IMG/VR virus record: IMGVR_UViG_3300032236_001859
Location: 124,001-188,000 of that record
Reading direction: 5' to 3' (one strand)
DNA: 64,000 bases
Below are positions 28,092 through 38,428 of the stretch, piece by piece. The notes under the pieces were generated by a model. It did not search any database. It had not been told where the DNA came from and saw nothing but the letters and a program-made list of their open reading frames with translations. The translations under genes and the position numbers were made by a program. How positions within the stretch are numbered: position 1 is the stretch's first letter; each line of letters begins with the position of its first letter.

Positions 28092-28820
28092 TCAGTACCT
28101 CATCGAGGGTTTGGAGGCATGACGCTTGGCAAGCACGGATGACAGAATCTTGTTGGTGTTCTGGGATCTCAGTTGATCCGCACGACGCTCCAGCAACCGC
28201 TTCTCCACCATGATGCGTTCAATGTCCTCATCGGTTTCGTCTTCACCGAAGATATGACCCATGGTGGTCCCCGCGGTGCCGTAGACCCCAGAGGATACCC
28301 CGGCGACCCCCTTGATGGGTGCCGTGATTAAACCTGGATCAACAAGAAACGACGCGGCTTCTTTGACATGCCCGGTCTTACAGAACCCGGGGTGATCGAT
28401 GAGCCCAGAGGCCCGGGCACCCTCGAGGTAGCCCAGCTGAACCGCATTGCGGACATCCCGCTCAATTGCGAGTTTGATGAGTTCTGCCGGCGTCATTTTA
28501 GCGGCCTCCGTTCCAGTCTTCATGTTGAGGAGAGTACCCAATCCGGCACCAAGAGTCTTCATCGTCGAAGCCGTGGAATCGCTGACCCCGAGCCACTTCG
28601 CTGCGATGGCGCCGATGCCGAGACCAACCCCGGCACCAATTGCACCCTGCATGACCTGAGTTGGAGTCACCCATGGTTTCGATGCCGGCTGCTGGGCAGC
28701 GGCGCGATCAATGATCTCAATGCTCTTGACCTTATCCCAAAGATTCAACGAGGGATCTGTGAACACCCTGTCCTTGGCGTCGCTCACCGCGATCATCGCT
28801 GCTGCGGATTCCATGGTCAT
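28092..28820 (-). CDS. K-x-A protein with glycine zipper
   Basis: GAIGAGVGLGIGAIAA, IKLAI, VKEAAS; C-terminal coiled coil. Confidence 0.65.
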   Translation of the reverse strand: MTMESAAAMIAVSDAKDRVFTDPSLNLWDKVKSIEIIDRAAAQQPASKPWVTPTQVMQGAIGAGVGLGIGAIAAKWLGVSDSTASTMKTLGAGLGTLLNMKTGTEAAKMTPAELIKLAIERDVRNAVQLGYLEGARASGLIDHPGFCKTGHVKEAASFLVDPGLITAPIKGVAGVSSGVYGTAGTTMGHIFGEDETDEDIERIMVEKRLLERRADQLRSQNTNKILSSVLAKRHASKPSMRY

Positions 28821-28822
28821 GG

Positions 28823-31800
28823 CTACATCCCCATCTTTGAGCTGGCCAGGTTTTTGGCGAGACCAATACTATCACCCCAGTTCGGCTCCGGTTTCCCGAT
28901 GCGACCCCCCGTCATGCCTGAGATCATCATCTCGAATTGGTTGTCGTTGAGATCCTTGAAAGCGGGATCCGCGGCTTGAACACGGGACTTCACGAAACTG
29001 GGGAGATAGTCATGTGCCATCTTGAGGTTGCCGAAGAACTTTGCGTTATCTGGGGCTTGCATCCACTGCTGCCATTTGCCTTCATTACTTGACGCGGCAC
29101 GCATGGCTCCGAGTCTCTGGCTGACCACCTTGGCGCGGTAGTCATCCATCTTCTTGGGATCCTTCTGGATCTCGGCGAGGAGGTTGGGGTCCTTCGGCGG
29201 CGGGATCTCGCCACCAGCGTTGTTCAGGGACTGATAGCGCTGGTAGGCGCCATAGGCACCACCACCGAGGACCAGGGCTCCCATGATGGCGCCGGCTTTG
29301 CCGCCCATGAGCATGAGCCCAAGCCCCACAGGGATCGCGGCGAGATCGAGGTTGTACTTCTGCGCCCAGTCCATGCCCTCTTGAGCCTTGGCCTTGGCTT
29401 GATCCCACACCGAGGGTTCTTCCTTCTTCACGGCATCAGGATTGTTTGGAGTCGTCTTCGCTGGTTCCGTGGTCTGTGCTGTCTGTGTGCGTTGCTTCGC
29501 CGCATTCGACTTCGCAACGGCGTCTGCCTTTTCCTGTTGAGTCAACGCAGGAGTCCCCGTGTTGCTCTCAGGGCCTGGAGGAGGGGTCTGTGGGGGTGTT
29601 TGTGGGGGTGTCTTAATGGAGTTCGTGTACGTCTTCGCCATGTCGCCTATGCCGGGGGTCTTCTGTGCCGGTGCTGGTGCTGGTGGCTGATCTGGATTCC
29701 CAATCAGATTATTAGCCCAATTCATGACACCTGTAACCGCAGGCTTGGCACCCTCTGTCAGGGCCTCGCCCATGGCAGCTGCGGCGAGTTTGCAGCCACG
29801 TGACCAAATGGCATCGGCACCGATCTTGTTCTGACCGGAAGCAGGGGGCATCGTCTTGGCAAGAGGTTTCACGGGCTGAATCTCCGTCGGCTTGACATTA
29901 GCGGGTTCTTTGGGAAGGGGAACCTCTGGAGTCTTCGCCGGGGTTGCACCTTTGGTCAGGTTTTTCTGATGGGCTTCATAGGCCTGCATGGCCTTGGCAC
30001 GATCCCCGCCGGCCTGTGCCAGCCAATACTCGGGGTGGTAACTTTGTTGTGAGGGATCCCCTGGGGCCACCATGGGAGCCACGTTGCCTCGGAAAGTCTC
30101 AGGGAACAGGCCACGATACTTCGCGGGGTTACCCTGGATATGCGAGACGACATCCTCACGTGTCACCGGGCGTGCGGCATCGCCTTCCCCAATGAATCGA
30201 GTCGGGAGTCCGTTGTCGCCAATGATGTAATCCGGGGTGGGTTCAAATGGATTCGCTGGAGCCCCTGCCTTGGCTTGATGCTGACGCCAGTAAGCCTCCA
30301 TGTTTTTATATGTGTCGGGGGACTTCGCTGCCCAGTGCTCGGGGTGCGCGGTTTGGTACCTCGAGATCCCGGAGAGATAGAGCCCTGGGTTGGTAAGTGG
30401 AGATTCGACTTGATACCCGCGACGTATGGCCTCTGGGCTCACCTGGGTGACCCGACCAGTGGTCTTATTGAAAGTCCACGCCGGGGTGTTGTCAGCACGA
30501 GGATCCCACTTCGAGGAATCAAACCCGTACTCCTGTGCCTTGAAGCCCTGAGGGGGCTCCTGGTCGCCGGCGAGATCATGGGCGTTACCCTTGGTGTCGA
30601 CGTAATACCTTCCCTGTGCAGTCGGGGGTTCAACTTTGTCGAACCCATACTTTTCACCCAGTTCCTGCAAGAGTTTCTGGGTCTGCGCGGGGTTCACGAA
30701 AGTGTTGTCTTTGAATCTCTCGATCATCCCGGGGCCACCACCGAGGTGATGACCACCCTGAGAACGCACGTCTTGGTTCAGCGTGTACAAGGAGGCATTG
30801 GCTCGTGTCAGCGGTGCCAGGATCTCTTTTGCAGCGTTCTCGGGGAGTCTTGATACCTTGGTGTTAAAGATGAGTTCAGCGTTGGGATCCTTGGGATCCA
30901 CGTTGAGACGCTGATACGCCGCTGCCTTCGCGGCTTCTCGGCGATCCTCGAGAACGATACGCTGATTCTTCAGGGAGTCGTTTCCAGTGGAATCGAAACC
31001 GTACCGAGAGTTCGTGGGATCCCCTGGACCCCCATAGGTCTTGCCGCCCCATGAATACTTTTCACTGGCGCGATCGCTTCCCCTGTACTCGATGAGGAGA
31101 TCCCCGAGCCCATTCTTCTTGAGATCATCGATGATCTCCTGCTTCCGGATCTCGCCACGCTGAAGCATCTTTGGCTTCATGACATCCGTGTAATCCGTGG
31201 TCTTCACCCGAGCTTTCGCCATGATCTGTTCGGGGCTCAGCCCAGTGGTCTCCGTGACCATCTTCGTGATCTCCGGGGATCCCAGCTCCTGGGTGTCCTG
31301 GGGGCGCAACAGGGTGCCCAGGATGCCCTGGACCCCTTTGTGAATCGCATGCGGGGAGTTCTGGGAGATATCGAAGCGCGGCTTCTCCCCGAACCCCATC
31401 CCAGTTGAGAACTCATTGATCTGTTGAGTCGCCGGGGCGAGAGTTGTTGATACCTGGGATAACGCTGATTTGAGTTCCTCGTGGGACTTCGCGGATTCCA
31501 TCGAATTGACAATGGAGTCAGTTTGGGATTTCCAGTAATCCTGGGCTCTCTGAGAAAGCTGGTCCTTGTACTCCGAGGGGAGATGTTGGTACAGCGGGCT
31601 AGTATCCAGGGCATCACGAACCGTGGTCCCCACGCGTTCATGGGTCGCCGCCACAGAGGTCCTCGCGATATCCCTGAGATCGCGATCCCCGAGGACATTA
31701 AAGAGCCCCTTGAGCTGGCCTGCAGATTTGTTCTGGCGATCCCATGTGGCGACATCGACTCCCGGAGGTGCATTGCCCTTTGGTTTCGATGTGCCGATTA

Positions 31801-34498
31801 CCGTGGAGATCAGGGAATCAAATGGATTCCCCTCCCCCTTTTCCAAACTGTCGACATCGATGACACCTGCTTTGAAAGGTTCGGCTTTCTCCTTCATGAT
31901 GTTAAACGCGCGATCACCAATTGTACTCGCCAACATCAATCTGAGGTCCGGTGGTAATCCGGCGAATATCGGGTTGTCTTTAACGGTACCATTCGCGAAC
32001 TCGATTGCGCCCTGCATGAGCTTGGCGTCGACCAGCATCTCGGCACCTTTTTTGTAACCGGCACCAACTGCGTTCAGCTTGCTTTCATCGCCACCTTGGT
32101 TGATGTATGCCGCCTTGCCCTGCCGAACCGCGAAGGCCTGGAGGGGGCTCAGGGTGGTCCCCCAGAACCCCATACCTTTGCCACCATTAGCGAACGTGTT
32201 CTGGGCGACCTCGGCGATCTTGGAGTCATCGTATGACGAGGACCCCGAAAGCATGCCGTAGCCCCATCTCCCGATATCCATCGTAGACGAGACGCCCTCC
32301 ATGATGATCGCACCGGCTGCGGTGTTCACGCTCAGAGCACGAACCCCCTTGAGGACTGAACCCAGTTTAACAGCTGCGGAGGCCCCTGTGGCCGCAGGCG
32401 CCCCGCCTGGGGTTGACGTGAGCACCCTGGCAGTGGACTTCATGCGATCGAGAACACTACCATATGCCTTGGATGCCGCTGCACCGGGATCTGCTACTGT
32501 TTTGGCAACACTGCTGCCGGCACGGGCTAGGGCACCACCAGCGGCCTTTGTGGCCTCAACGGGGTGGGCTACCGAGCTATAGATTTTACTGACTACCTTC
32601 AGTGGACTCGCCCCAGGTGGGGTCTGGGCCTGGACAGCGTTCTGTGTCGCCTTGTCGAGCCCCCGCCACCAGAGTTGCTGGGCACCAAAGTGCGCGGAGG
32701 TATCAATGGTCTGCTCCCCGATCTGGAGAGCCGAGCTCTTTATCCAATCAGCAACCGGGATGTCTTTGTTTGTGGGGTTGTTCCACCTGTTATAGCAGGC
32801 ACCGCCGACGCCGGCCAAAGTGGCCATGATGGGGAGCCCGGCGATGCTGCCATGCCGGGACATCAGCGCTGATGCCATGAGTCCCGTGTTCTGCGCCGTG
32901 TTTCCGAAGTTGTTGTGGTCCCTGAGTTCCCGGTAGAGGTCCGACCCCGGTTGGATCTTCTGATCCAGAATGGAGTTCACCCTGGCCTGGGCGGCATCCA
33001 CGGGTAACCCACGGACTTCTTGGAGTGCGTCTTGGATCTCTCGAAAATGGTTGTGATAGTTGATTACATTGGGATCACTCCCCACGATCTTCGCACCCTT
33101 TTTGTCGATGCGATTCGTGTTGAGATCCTGCGGCATAAAAGGAGCCGCCGCAGGAGTGCATGACCCAAGTTTCGGTAAGAACAATTCAACGGGGACGTCA
33201 AGCCAGTTCGATAGCGACGACGCGGTTTCCGCAGCAGGACGCGTCCCCGTGCTCACCATGTCGTAGTGGTCACGGACCCTTCGCAGGATATGATCGGCTT
33301 CGAGTCCCGCACGGATCCCGGATTCATTCTTAACACGGGTGAAAACGGATCTCGCGGCATCAACTGCTCGCTCCAGGAACTCTGGGCTCTTCTCGCTCCA
33401 TTGCTTGATCTCAGCGGGGTTCTCAGGGATCCCCATCTTCAGGAACTCTGTGGCCATGGCATGCGCGGGATTCAAGGGATCCCCAGCAGCAGCCTTCATA
33501 CCCGTGACGACATCCGCGATGAATCCAGCGCGAAGACTGGAACCGAGCTCACGGGATTCCGGGGAGTCCGGGTTCTCGACAAACGCGGCTAAGGCGGCCT
33601 CAGGGTTGATACCCTTCTTCGCGGTATCGACTCGATACGCCTTCAGGGCCTCGGCGAGATTGGAGGGCTTCCCGGTCCTCTCGGATTCCAGGATCGCAGC
33701 ATTCGCTGAGGTCAGGAGATCGGGTTTGCCATCCTCTGAGTTCAAGAGAACAGGGAGTCCAGTTTTCTTGTGGGCGTGGTAGCCCACGGCGAGATCGATG
33801 ATGTCATGGGAAGCCTTATCCGCGGAGGCCTTGTTCCAGAGATCCCCGGTGGCCCCGGTTTCGGCCTGCCATGATCTAATGATTTTATCCGTGGGGGCCC
33901 CTGCTGCCCTCCCATTTGCCCAGGCCTGTGCGGCGAAATAACGCTTGGCCATCCAGTCCTTGGCAGCGGCATCCGGGTTGGGTCCATCCAGTTTTGGGGG
34001 TGGTGCCCATCGGGAATCAAACTTGAAGTCGCCATCTTTGGCTTCGGCATCAGACGACAGCATGTCCACGTATTGATCTCGGACCCCTGGAGACAACGTC
34101 TTCGGGATCGAGGTGAGCTCAGGGGCCATCGTGGCGGCGCCAGCGTTGACCTGTTTGGTGAGCTCCTTCGAGGGAGTCTTTCCACCCGCAATGGTATCAA
34201 CGAGATCGCTGACCCCAGGGATTCGCATGGCACCAATTGAGGTCAGGGCTTCGCGGGCCTTATCGGGGTAGTTCTTGATCCAGAGATACCCCGCGGCACC
34301 GAGACCACCGATGGCTGCCAACCAGATCCAGGAGTCAGACTTCTCGTCATCCTCGTCGTCATCAGGGGCCCGTGAATGCGCGGCGAGTTTGCGTGTCTTC
34401 CCATGCCCAAAGAAATTGGGGGTGTTGTTGCGGAGTTCCTCAATGGGAAAATGAGCACGTCTGGCTTTGACGTGCTTGATTTCCTTCTTGGGCTTCAT
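28823..34498 (-). CDS. Very large (1891 aa) putative internal virion/ejection protein
   Basis: Coupled to the portal stop (ATGA). RKLAAH followed by a membrane helix WIWLAAIGGLGAAGYLW; CKLAAA precedes a Pro-rich linker and two C-terminal hydrophobic helices. Confidence 0.6.
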   Translation of the reverse strand: MKPKKEIKHVKARRAHFPIEELRNNTPNFFGHGKTRKLAAHSRAPDDDEDDEKSDSWIWLAAIGGLGAAGYLWIKNYPDKAREALTSIGAMRIPGVSDLVDTIAGGKTPSKELTKQVNAGAATMAPELTSIPKTLSPGVRDQYVDMLSSDAEAKDGDFKFDSRWAPPPKLDGPNPDAAAKDWMAKRYFAAQAWANGRAAGAPTDKIIRSWQAETGATGDLWNKASADKASHDIIDLAVGYHAHKKTGLPVLLNSEDGKPDLLTSANAAILESERTGKPSNLAEALKAYRVDTAKKGINPEAALAAFVENPDSPESRELGSSLRAGFIADVVTGMKAAAGDPLNPAHAMATEFLKMGIPENPAEIKQWSEKSPEFLERAVDAARSVFTRVKNESGIRAGLEADHILRRVRDHYDMVSTGTRPAAETASSLSNWLDVPVELFLPKLGSCTPAAAPFMPQDLNTNRIDKKGAKIVGSDPNVINYHNHFREIQDALQEVRGLPVDAAQARVNSILDQKIQPGSDLYRELRDHNNFGNTAQNTGLMASALMSRHGSIAGLPIMATLAGVGGACYNRWNNPTNKDIPVADWIKSSALQIGEQTIDTSAHFGAQQLWWRGLDKATQNAVQAQTPPGASPLKVVSKIYSSVAHPVEATKAAGGALARAGSSVAKTVADPGAAASKAYGSVLDRMKSTARVLTSTPGGAPAATGASAAVKLGSVLKGVRALSVNTAAGAIIMEGVSSTMDIGRWGYGMLSGSSSYDDSKIAEVAQNTFANGGKGMGFWGTTLSPLQAFAVRQGKAAYINQGGDESKLNAVGAGYKKGAEMLVDAKLMQGAIEFANGTVKDNPIFAGLPPDLRLMLASTIGDRAFNIMKEKAEPFKAGVIDVDSLEKGEGNPFDSLISTVIGTSKPKGNAPPGVDVATWDRQNKSAGQLKGLFNVLGDRDLRDIARTSVAATHERVGTTVRDALDTSPLYQHLPSEYKDQLSQRAQDYWKSQTDSIVNSMESAKSHEELKSALSQVSTTLAPATQQINEFSTGMGFGEKPRFDISQNSPHAIHKGVQGILGTLLRPQDTQELGSPEITKMVTETTGLSPEQIMAKARVKTTDYTDVMKPKMLQRGEIRKQEIIDDLKKNGLGDLLIEYRGSDRASEKYSWGGKTYGGPGDPTNSRYGFDSTGNDSLKNQRIVLEDRREAAKAAAYQRLNVDPKDPNAELIFNTKVSRLPENAAKEILAPLTRANASLYTLNQDVRSQGGHHLGGGPGMIERFKDNTFVNPAQTQKLLQELGEKYGFDKVEPPTAQGRYYVDTKGNAHDLAGDQEPPQGFKAQEYGFDSSKWDPRADNTPAWTFNKTTGRVTQVSPEAIRRGYQVESPLTNPGLYLSGISRYQTAHPEHWAAKSPDTYKNMEAYWRQHQAKAGAPANPFEPTPDYIIGDNGLPTRFIGEGDAARPVTREDVVSHIQGNPAKYRGLFPETFRGNVAPMVAPGDPSQQSYHPEYWLAQAGGDRAKAMQAYEAHQKNLTKGATPAKTPEVPLPKEPANVKPTEIQPVKPLAKTMPPASGQNKIGADAIWSRGCKLAAAAMGEALTEGAKPAVTGVMNWANNLIGNPDQPPAPAPAQKTPGIGDMAKTYTNSIKTPPQTPPQTPPPGPESNTGTPALTQQEKADAVAKSNAAKQRTQTAQTTEPAKTTPNNPDAVKKEEPSVWDQAKAKAQEGMDWAQKYNLDLAAIPVGLGLMLMGGKAGAIMGALVLGGGAYGAYQRYQSLNNAGGEIPPPKDPNLLAEIQKDPKKMDDYRAKVVSQRLGAMRAASSNEGKWQQWMQAPDNAKFFGNLKMAHDYLPSFVKSRVQAADPAFKDLNDNQFEMMISGMTGGRIGKPEPNWGDSIGLAKNLASSKMGM

Positions 34499-36375
34499 TG
34501 TGGGGCTCCGCCGCCACCGGGTGGCTGGCCTCCCTGACCACCTTGGAGAATCATCTGCTGGCCCTGTGATGACGCCTGCTGACGGACTTCATCCAGTTTG
34601 GCCTTGACGAGGCCGTGGAGATCTTTGTTGCCCTCGCGAAGAGCCTTGAGTTGTTGTTTGCGGTCGTACTCGGGCATCCCGGCGAGTTGCCCCGCGATCT
34701 GCTCGGCTTGGGCAGCCATGCCTCCAAGCGTGCTGGCATTGGCACCGCCGCCTGCGGGGATCCCACCCATTGGAGCACCGCCCATTGGGGTTCCCGGTGG
34801 AGGTGGTGCACCGGCACCGCCGCCTTGCTGCTGGGCGGCCTGCTGTTGTTGCAGCATCCCCGACGGGCTCTGGGCTCCGGCGAGGGCGCTGACAGCACCC
34901 ATCTCCTGATCCTTGGCTGCCTTGTCGTCCTGCTCTTTCTGGAGTTCCTGGATGAACTCTTGGTGCTTGAAGACCTTTCGGGCTTCATCACCGGCGAGGA
35001 CCCCAAGGGGTTCCAGGGCAGTCTGGGGACTGATCTGATTAGCAGCCATGAGCTGCATGAGGATATTCTTGCGTTCCTGGTCATCCGCGATGGTACTGCG
35101 TTGGATGCGGACATCGGTTTCCTCGAGACCAAAGTTACGTGCCGCAACTTTAACGATCCATTGTAGGATCGAGGTGTACATCGCGGGTACCGCTGACCAC
35201 GCGGATTCAAATAGCCGCAGGGCCATCGGAGCCGCCTGGGCAGTCAGAGTCATCTGGTGGTACTCAAGCGGAACATTGCACTGATTCAGGGATTCCTGTT
35301 GACGAAACTTTAACTTATCCGCGGGGAGGAGATCCTTGCCTTCACCACCCAGGAACTGGTAGTTCACGGGGTATGGGGCGGTGTGATACGACATGGGTTC
35401 GGCACGATGGGCATTGATGATGCGATTCATGCCGCCAACAAAGTTATCCATGCCATGTTGGATCATGGGGTCGTTCTGGTTCGCCATCGCCGGCGAAATC
35501 AAACGGAGACCCAAGGTGTAATCGGAAGCAATGGCTTGGTCGGCACGGTTCAGGATCTGCTGCAACCAGAATGTCCGGAAGTTGGAGATCGAGGCGGGTA
35601 CACCCCAGCCGCGAGTCCGCATCCCTGAGATCACGGGTTCGTCGACGTGATAGATCATGTCTTCGTCGAAGAGGAGACGCCCATTGACGGCAACGGCTTC
35701 GAGGACCTCGATGGGGGTGTCATCAATGAAGATGCGCGCCTTCGACATGATGTCTTGACGGAAATCGTTGGGGATCCGCCACCAGATATTCTTACGTTGC
35801 GACCAAAAGTTCTGGGCGATCTCGATCTCAAAGGGGGAGTAGCGGAGGACACGGATCCGAGAGATATCGGGGTCCTTGCGATCCCGGAGCACGAAGTCCT
35901 GAGTGTTCCCACACTGGGGGCATGGCTTCTTGCGAAGCCAGCGGACCCCTCGCTGAGAAGTCAAATCAATGGTGTAGTCGACATGCTTGATGGGCTGCTC
36001 GAAGTAACAATGCGGGCAGGACAGATTCCGTTTGAATGGTAAGTAGATCGATAGGAATACGTTGCCGTAGCACAGGAAGTCGGACCCCGCGGCTTTGAGT
36101 TCTCTCTGATAATTGAGGTGCTTCTGGAAGAGATCCTTGAACTCGGACTCCTCGTTCTCGGATAGCGCCGGGAATTGAACACTGGTGATGAAGTGGGCGA
36201 TCACACGTCCAAAAGCGGAACGATAGTTGCCATCGGTGAGCCAGAGGTACTGGGCCCACCACATGATGAGCTCATGGTTGGTGGGCATCACCGTGGAGGC
36301 ATAGTCGAGCCAGGGGACATGGAGCTGACGAACGGCTTGGCCGCGATCCCCACCATTGACATTGAGATTTGCCAT
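34495..36375 (-). CDS. Probable portal protein with Zn-ribbon insertion and Q/G/P-rich tail
   Basis: 626 aa at the upstream end of the head cluster. Alpha/beta pattern (WWAQYLWLTDGNYRSAFGRVIAHF...RWGVP-like RGWGVP...LRLISP) resembles portals; contains CPHC...CPQC. Confidence 0.6.
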   Translation of the reverse strand: MANLNVNGGDRGQAVRQLHVPWLDYASTVMPTNHELIMWWAQYLWLTDGNYRSAFGRVIAHFITSVQFPALSENEESEFKDLFQKHLNYQRELKAAGSDFLCYGNVFLSIYLPFKRNLSCPHCYFEQPIKHVDYTIDLTSQRGVRWLRKKPCPQCGNTQDFVLRDRKDPDISRIRVLRYSPFEIEIAQNFWSQRKNIWWRIPNDFRQDIMSKARIFIDDTPIEVLEAVAVNGRLLFDEDMIYHVDEPVISGMRTRGWGVPASISNFRTFWLQQILNRADQAIASDYTLGLRLISPAMANQNDPMIQHGMDNFVGGMNRIINAHRAEPMSYHTAPYPVNYQFLGGEGKDLLPADKLKFRQQESLNQCNVPLEYHQMTLTAQAAPMALRLFESAWSAVPAMYTSILQWIVKVAARNFGLEETDVRIQRSTIADDQERKNILMQLMAANQISPQTALEPLGVLAGDEARKVFKHQEFIQELQKEQDDKAAKDQEMGAVSALAGAQSPSGMLQQQQAAQQQGGGAGAPPPPGTPMGGAPMGGIPAGGGANASTLGGMAAQAEQIAGQLAGMPEYDRKQQLKALREGNKDLHGLVKAKLDEVRQQASSQGQQMILQGGQGGQPPGGGGAPQ

Positions 36376-36387
36376 GGAGTCAGAACC

Positions 36388-36585
36388 TTATCGTGGGCTC
36401 GGGTGATAATCGTGTAACAGTGTGGCCTGAGCACACAGGCGCTGGATGTTCTCGGCGGCGACCTCATCACTTATCCCGACAACGGCGAAAACACGGGAGT
36501 TCATGCGAATCGCGGTCTCGGCTCCGGCGTCTTCAGCGATCGCGGCGAGCACGGGCTCCGTAAAGGCGTCAGCGCAGTGTGGCAT
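36388..36585 (-). CDS. Small hypothetical protein
   Basis: Start MPHCADAF (GGGA upstream); 65 aa. Confidence 0.55.
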   Translation of the reverse strand: MPHCADAFTEPVLAAIAEDAGAETAIRMNSRVFAVVGISDEVAAENIQRLCAQATLLHDYHPSPR

Positions 36586-36648
36586 AGGAATCCCCAATTC
36601 AGGTAGCAGCGGTGTCCCAGCGTACCCCGAGGGGCAAACCGGACAAGA

Positions 36649-37530
36649 CTACTGGGCGTCAGGAACGATGACGAAAACAAAGTACAGCTTGTTGTCCTTC
36701 TCCGCTGACCACCCCCCGTAAATACACTGATACGAGTTCGCATCGATCTGGAGCTGCAAGGGGGCCTTGGCCCCCGCGGGGTTGGGTTCGTAGATGGTCT
36801 CGGCGTCGGCATCATAGATCAAAATGATGATGCTGGGGCTCAGGATGATGTCGTCGACCTGGGAGCGCACCTTGCTGCCATCCGCGGGCATGAAGACGAC
36901 ACGACGACGTGGGGGCTTCGGTGGGGGGACGTGAACCGCTGGGGCCACGGGGGCCGCACGGGGAACCCGCTCAGCCATCACTGGGGCTTCTTCAGCTGTC
37001 TTAACCGTAGGAGGCTTGGCACGGACTTCAGCAGCACCATCTACAGTCACTGACTTCATCGAGTTAATTCTCTGACCACCCGATGCGGTACCATCTGATG
37101 CGAATACCTTCGGCTTGAAACCTTCGGGATCAGCGGGGATCCCAAACTTATCAACATCAGCATTGGACTGAATCAGAATTGGTCGCTCGGAGAGCCCGAG
37201 GTCACGCGAGGACATCACTGCACCCTTGCCACGTTTCGCGGGGCCGTCCCCACGCTGGACTTCGACGGCACGGGGCTTCATGACCACGGTGGCCCCATCG
37301 GGGAGGCCATCCTGGTTAGCGGCGAGGAGAACCTCCTGTGCGGTGCCCTGGGGATTCGGGGACTGCAGGGTCACGATACCATCGGCATCAGCGCTCTCGG
37401 CCACCGATGGTGTCGAGGCCTGGCGATGATCGATGTGCTGGTCGAGATGGTACTCGACTCGCTCCAGGGGTTCTCGTGTGGTGGGTTGTGGGCTCAGGGA
37501 GTCCACGACACCGTCAAATTCTCCAGGCAT
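36649..37530 (-). CDS. Hypothetical protein
   Basis: 293 aa; AAGGA SD; disordered N-terminus and beta-rich C-terminal domain. Confidence 0.7.
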   Translation of the reverse strand: MPGEFDGVVDSLSPQPTTREPLERVEYHLDQHIDHRQASTPSVAESADADGIVTLQSPNPQGTAQEVLLAANQDGLPDGATVVMKPRAVEVQRGDGPAKRGKGAVMSSRDLGLSERPILIQSNADVDKFGIPADPEGFKPKVFASDGTASGGQRINSMKSVTVDGAAEVRAKPPTVKTAEEAPVMAERVPRAAPVAPAVHVPPPKPPRRRVVFMPADGSKVRSQVDDIILSPSIIILIYDADAETIYEPNPAGAKAPLQLQIDANSYQCIYGGWSAEKDNKLYFVFVIVPDAQ

Positions 37531-37564
37531 GAGTTATTCCTTATGCTGGAAGTCTCGACGGGGT

Positions 37565-38428
37565 TCACTGAGCGTCAAGCCCTGCGACATAGGCGTCCAG
37601 CTCGGGACCTGAGATATCAGTTTGTAACACACGATCCCAGAGCACACGTACTCCATGGAGATTCCGCTGCGCCGCCGGGGTTTCCCCCTCGATGTCGGCA
37701 TGTGGGATAAGGGAGTCGAGGAGCTCTGGGTTTGTCTCCTGCGTCGAGACTATCCAGTTGTGATTTCCTGCAGTGTTGGTATCAAAGGGATGCAGCAAGG
37801 TGTAATCGGCGAAGAACAGACTGCGAGGTGCGACCCCCGCGGTGCCGAGATCCTGAAGCAAAGTCTTCATGGGATCAATGTTGGGGCGCCCAATGATGTT
37901 GATCCAAATGTTCGGGGTAATCGCTGCGCATGCCTTGAAGAAGTCGACTTGATCTCCGGTGATCAGTGATTTACCATCATAGGCATCGTGAAGAATAAAG
38001 TCGTAGTGGTACCTATCACGTGGGCACCTCGCGATAAGGGGAATCAAGGCGAGGGCGTCCGCGGTGAAAACACGGAGCCGGCCGGATTCAATGGCGGCGT
38101 TGACCTCAGGGAACCCTTGCTTGCACAGGTGTACCGCGACAGGATCGATCTCGATGACGTCGAGGCGAACCCCGGGGAAATTGGCGAGTACCGCGATGGC
38201 GCCGGCACCACTACCCAGGCCGACCATGAGCCCCCTGCCATTGTGGTTCATTACCGCTGCGGCCAGCCATCCCGCGGTGTACGGAGACGCCGAGACCACC
38301 CCAGGCCCCCCGTGTTCAGATGGGGGCTCCAGAAATGAGGCGCCCTGGACCTGCCCATTGATTCGGAGCTGCCGGGCACCATGGACGTCGACGACATCGA
38401 CGACTCCGAACATGCCCTGAGCCATCAT
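37565..38428 (-). CDS. Spermidine synthase-like / class I SAM-dependent transferase
   Basis: LRINGQVQG, LMVGLGSGAG (motif I), LDVIEIDPVAV, FTADAL, YDFILHDAYDG. Confidence 0.75.
   Translation of the reverse strand: MMAQGMFGVVDVVDVHGARQLRINGQVQGASFLEPPSEHGGPGVVSASPYTAGWLAAAVMNHNGRGLMVGLGSGAGAIAVLANFPGVRLDVIEIDPVAVHLCKQGFPEVNAAIESGRLRVFTADALALIPLIARCPRDRYHYDFILHDAYDGKSLITGDQVDFFKACAAITPNIWINIIGRPNIDPMKTLLQDLGTAGVAPRSLFFADYTLLHPFDTNTAGNHNWIVSTQETNPELLDSLIPHADIEGETPAAQRNLHGVRVLWDRVLQTDISGPELDAYVAGLDAQ

Noticed and set aside
28823-34498. Tape measure protein call
   Set aside because: No adjacent tail tube, sheath or chaperone genes; it is coupled to the portal and has Pro-rich segments unlike typical tape measures.
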